Assembly: GCA_025786725.1 (NCBI GenBank)
Contig: JAHLTZ010000025.1
Span: forward strand, 124,001 to 188,000
Length of the DNA stretch: 64,000 nucleotides
Source of the DNA: Syncephalis fuscata S228
Lineage: Eukaryota > Fungi > Zoopagomycota
Reading direction: 5' to 3'
The notes below the pieces were generated by a model. It did not search any database and had not been told where the DNA came from. It saw only the letters and a list, made by a program, of their open reading frames with translations. Positions within the stretch are counted from its first letter, which is position 1. Each line of letters opens with the position of its first letter. The position numbers and the translations under genes were made by a program. Below are positions 59,956 through 64,000 of this stretch, piece after piece.

Positions 59956-62014
59956 ATGAAGCTTTCTATTGCCGTTATCTGCGCCATTATTGGCGCTTTT
60001 GTGGCTACTACAGCCATGGTAGATGCTATGCCAACCCATGTCCGTCGTGGTATGCTGAAATCACAATAACTAGCTATCCATTTAATCTACTACTGCTTAT
60101 GTCGCCAATCTAACTTTTCTAGATGGCAAGCAATTTCATATATCAATTAACTATATGCTAATAACATGCCATACACCATGTGTATCCAATGACATGTAGC
60201 AATAGAACGTGAGGAACAATATATATTAACTAGCTAAATACCAATCATATATCATCCACTGTGTGTATTCAATAAATTGCATTAATAGTTGGTAAGTGGA
60301 ACTGTATATTGACCAGCTATATATTAGTCATATGCTATCTATTGTAGATTTAATAGTTGTGTTAATAGAATGTAAGTAACATTGCATATCAATCATCATA
60401 TACGCATCATGCGTCATTCACTACGTGTATTTGATAATTCCTATTAATAGCTCGTAAGTATTATTGTATATCAATGAGCTATATACTAACCATATGTCAT
60501 AATTTTGTACTTTTGATAACTTGCACTGATAGTTGGTAAGTTCAGCTATTTATTAGCCAACTACGTATTAATGATATGCCATTAATTATGTGTATTTAAT
60601 AACTTGTATTAATAGAGGGTAAGTAGCATCACATATCAACTAGATTCTTTATTAATTGTATGGCATTCGTCGTGCGTATTTAATAAATTGCATTGATAGC
60701 TCGTAAGTAGTATTGCATTAAGCAACTATACACTAATCGTATGCTACATGCTGTGTGTATTTAACAATCTGACATTAACAGCTCGTAAGTGGTATTGTAT
60801 AGCAGTTAGTTATGAGCTAATTAAATACTGTGCGTTATGTGTGCTTGATAACTTATATTAATAGAGGGTAAGTACATTGTATATTAACCATATACTAAAA
60901 TATGTTGGACACTGTATTTAACAATTTGTATTAATAGCTAGTAAGTGGCATTGCATATTAATCAGATATATAATAACCATACATCATTTATCATGGCACT
61001 TGATAATTTATTAATAGAACGTAAGTGACATTTATACTAACTTGTATTCTGTGTATGTTTAATGACTTTTATTAATAGCTCGTAAGCGACATTATATAGT
61101 AATAATTATACATTAATTATATGACATGTAACGTGTTTCCAACAACGTTTACTGATAGTTAGTAAGTGGAGCTTTATACCAACTAGCTATGGACTAATCA
61201 TATGACATGTATTGTGTTTGCTTACTAACTTTTATTGATAGTCAGTGAGTGGCATTGTACATTAACTAGCTATATACCAATTATATACATTTACTATATG
61301 TATTTAATAACTTGCATTGATAGTTCGTAAGTGACATTATATAGTAATTGACTACATACTACTGATTATGTGCATCTACTAAATCACACTAATAGATAGT
61401 GGGTGGTATTGTATATTGACTGGCTATATACTAACCATATGCCATGTACGCTTCGTATTTGATAAATTATATTAATAGCTAGTAAGTGGTATTTTATACC
61501 ACCTAACTACATACTGAGTACATGATATACACTATTTGTACTTGATTATTATATTAATAGGACGTAAGTGGCATTGTATGCTAATCAGCTACATACTAGA
61601 CATATGCTATGTACTGTGTTTATTCAATACACGCGCTAATAGAAGGTAGGTGAAATTGTACATTAAATAGCTATGCACTAATCGTACGCCATGTATCGTA
61701 TGTGTTTAATGCCTTGTATGAATAGGAAGTAGGTGCCATTTTATATTAACCAATTGCATACTAATCCTATATCATCTATCATTACACTTACTAACTTGCA
61801 TTAATAGAAGGTACATTGCATCCATATTAATCAATTACATACTAAGCATATAATATACATTGTGCGCGTTTAATAACCTGTATTAATAGATGGTTAGTTA
61901 TATTACATATTCCTGCATTATGTGCCAACTATACGACATGTGGTATATCATTTATAACTATAGAATAATTACTAGTTTCAAGGAGCTGGTATTGGGTGTG
62001 CAATTGGCTGTTAG
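59956..62014 (+). CDS. Micro-exon gene: secreted peptide precursor with 23 consecutive 3-nt exons (3' end uncertain)
   Basis: Exon 1 59956-60049 encodes a signal peptide plus MPTHVRR and 1 nt. AG|NNN|GT(GC) exons start at 60123, 60206, 60289, 60369, 60451, 60533, 60616, 60700, 60782, 60865, 60938, 61018, 61079, 61159, 61242, 61324, 61396, 61479, 61561, 61643, 61726, 61808 and 61890. The spliced frame is open: DELESLEAPQAKPLIIHTRQGKD. Confidence 0.8.
60050..61975 (+). repeat. Degenerate tandem array, 24 units of ~82 bp (one intron plus one 3-nt exon)
   Basis: Units share a by-eye consensus GTAAGT-GGCATTGTATATTAACTAGCTATATACTAAYCATATG...TGTGTATTTAATAACTTGTATTAATAG. Most introns are 77-81 nt; the shortest is 58. 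Confidence 0.9.
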
Positions 62015-62957
62015 CTCAATATGATTTAAATATATATTCAGCAAAAAGCAAGACAGCTCGACAATTATGCCGTTTAGTTCATTCAAGTTTCAAGTTATAA
62101 CCAGCAATCCGGTTTATTTTCTCTTTAATTAATAATACCATCATATTATTACCTTCTATGATTGGTTATTTCTATCCAACTATACAGACATGTAGTAATG
62201 AAATATGATTCTATTTAATTATGTACAATCAAACTATTATGAGCATGTTCATATTCTACCTGCATTTGAAATCAGCAAATAGCAATCAAGTAAACACGCT
62301 AACAGTGTATTTATACAAATATGCTGTATTAGTGTCCAAAGTAGATTGATATTGCTTATAATATTATTAACCATGTTTATTACAATATAATAGTTTTATT
62401 AAAAATCAATGAATGCATTAATTGTCTCTATCTAATATTACTTCTACATAGTGTTATATAATTTATTTAGTTTAGTATAGCTGAATTGTAGTAATTAACG
62501 AACAATAAAAAATCTATTTTTTATTAAAACTACACTATTCAGTCAACACATTGTACTCTAAACGTTAGTTAAGTGGCGATAAGCAGCATAAATTAACATT
62601 ATAAAGTAATGTAAAGACAACGTGGTGCTTGTTCATCCAAGCTGTAATCTCGAAAACCAGAATAGTGGCAGCATAATGCTAATACACACGTATTATCACA
62701 AAAATAAAAGGTTTTTGTAATAATGTTTATGAATTAATAATAAACTCGCAAATCACATTACGTTGTACGGAATAATTAAATCATTAATGGTTTTGATAAA
62801 ATAGCAATACATTTGTAAACAGACTAATAAACTATTATACAATTGGTGTTAATAATGGAACATGACATTGTTATTGGTATGTTTAACACTACTTTATAAT
62901 ATTTGGATATAAAGATCACATAAAAATACGCATGTTTGTAGACATACTAGTTTACTA

Positions 62958-63848
62958 TTAATCATATCGACTATCGGCGACTGATCGTAGTGCATTTTTA
63001 AGTTGCTGTAACAGCGTTTCTATCCAACCAATAAATTATTATTATTTACAAAAAACTAGTATACTTACTTGCATGTTCTACCGCAGCTTTATAGGCTTCA
63101 TCTGCCTGTTGATTATCTCGTTCAAGTTGCTGAAATACTGCTGCCTAGATCAATACAGCCAATTAACATTATAGTAAGCTTATTCAAAACATTTATTGAT
63201 ATTTACTTCTTCTTTTTCTGATAGCTCATGAGTTGGTAATGCATCAATAAGCGTGTCTACCTGTTGGCATCGTTTCGCAATGTCTGACGCCAATTCTCGG
63301 CTTTCCTCTGTGTATTGCTATAATAAATGGCATTTATAATACAGATCTGCTACTTACGTTCAAGTTTATCCAAAGAAAGTGCTCTTTCTAATTAAATAGT
63401 AATTAGTTTGCCCATATATCCAATTCCTTACTCACCATGCGAGCGCGCCGCAGCCACTGTGTCGTCGTGAGCTACCATAGGAGCCCGCGTGCTAAGATAA
63501 TCCAAGCTACTGACGAATTGAACAGTCAACTAAACGAGTATTAAACGTTGGGCCAACAATAAAACCTTAACTTACCTGGTCGACGGCATCCTGCAGTTGG
63601 CTCACGCGATCCATGGAGCCCTGCTCCGTCTCCAGACCTTGCAGGTCGGTGGCAATTGCGGCACTGTGCGGCGCCTCACTAGCGCCAATATTACGAGACC
63701 CCGAAGACACGACCACCGAAGCCTGACTTTGCGGTGACGTGACAGCAATGATAGAGGTAGAAGCAGCGCCTACTGTTGCTGAAGCAAAAGGTGCTGATGA
63801 AGAGCTGGTCGACAAGCGCGTAGGATCAAGGCTAACCGGCGGCTGCAT
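62958..63848 (-). CDS. MED21: Mediator subunit Med21/Srb7
   Basis: MDRVSQLQDAVDQLTVQFVSSLDYL, ELASDIAKRCQQVDTLIDALP, and a C-terminal coiled coil ending SVADSRYD*. The start could be 63848 or the internal MDRV. Confidence 0.85.
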
Positions 63849-64000
63849 TCACAATACAGGCCAGAGAAGAGAAGCCAAAGGGTGATGATTTTTTGTAAGT
63901 GATCAATATTGAAACAAGTAGCTTTTTTAAAATAAAACACACACACACACATTACAATCGATCGTTTCCAGTAGAATTACCACTTTTGACTTCTCTTCTA

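Noticed and set aside
59928-60113. 61-aa ORF from the track (MFVLTNQYYH...)
   Set aside because: Non-ATG start and wrong frame. The credible exon starts at ATG 59956 in another frame and encodes a signal peptide.
60050-61975. Array read as a CRISPR array or a plain minisatellite
   Set aside because: The genome is eukaryotic, with no cas genes and no constant repeat with unique ~30-nt spacers. The conserved parts are splice signals and the variable unit is 3 nt. A neutral minisatellite would not keep AG-NNN-GT in all 23 units.

Overview
Gene-dense, AT-rich eukaryotic DNA with many short (~50-80 nt) spliceosomal introns. It looks like an early-diverging fungus; gene style and secreted kinase-like paralogs suggest a zoopagalean such as Syncephalis (inference only). 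Most of the window is housekeeping genes: LYS1, RAD1-type 9-1-1 clamp subunit, ERV41, MDM20/NAA25, a GH18 chitinase, TXNL1, GAA1, TIM22, RAD16, an ABCC transporter, SmG, a UBC7/UBE2G-type E2, HIS2, RMD1, DOP1, PRE2, PRE7, RPS2, RAM1, HAT2/RBBP4, GFA1 and MED21. Accessory elements are an inverted pair of secreted pseudokinase-like genes and a chimeric inverted partial copy of GAA1. The standout is 59956-~62014, which the ORF track misses. A signal-peptide exon ending in a dibasic RR site is followed by 23 consecutive exons of exactly 3 nt, separated by mutually homologous ~80-nt introns. Spliced together they read without a stop (MKLSIAVICAIIGAFVATTAMVDAMPTHVRR-DELESLEAPQAKPLIIHTRQGKD...). This is an extreme micro-exon gene, one residue per exon, with potential for frame-preserving combinatorial splicing of a secreted peptide. 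Many genes carry single-base frameshifts that look like assembly errors rather than pseudogenisation. All exon structures were read by eye.
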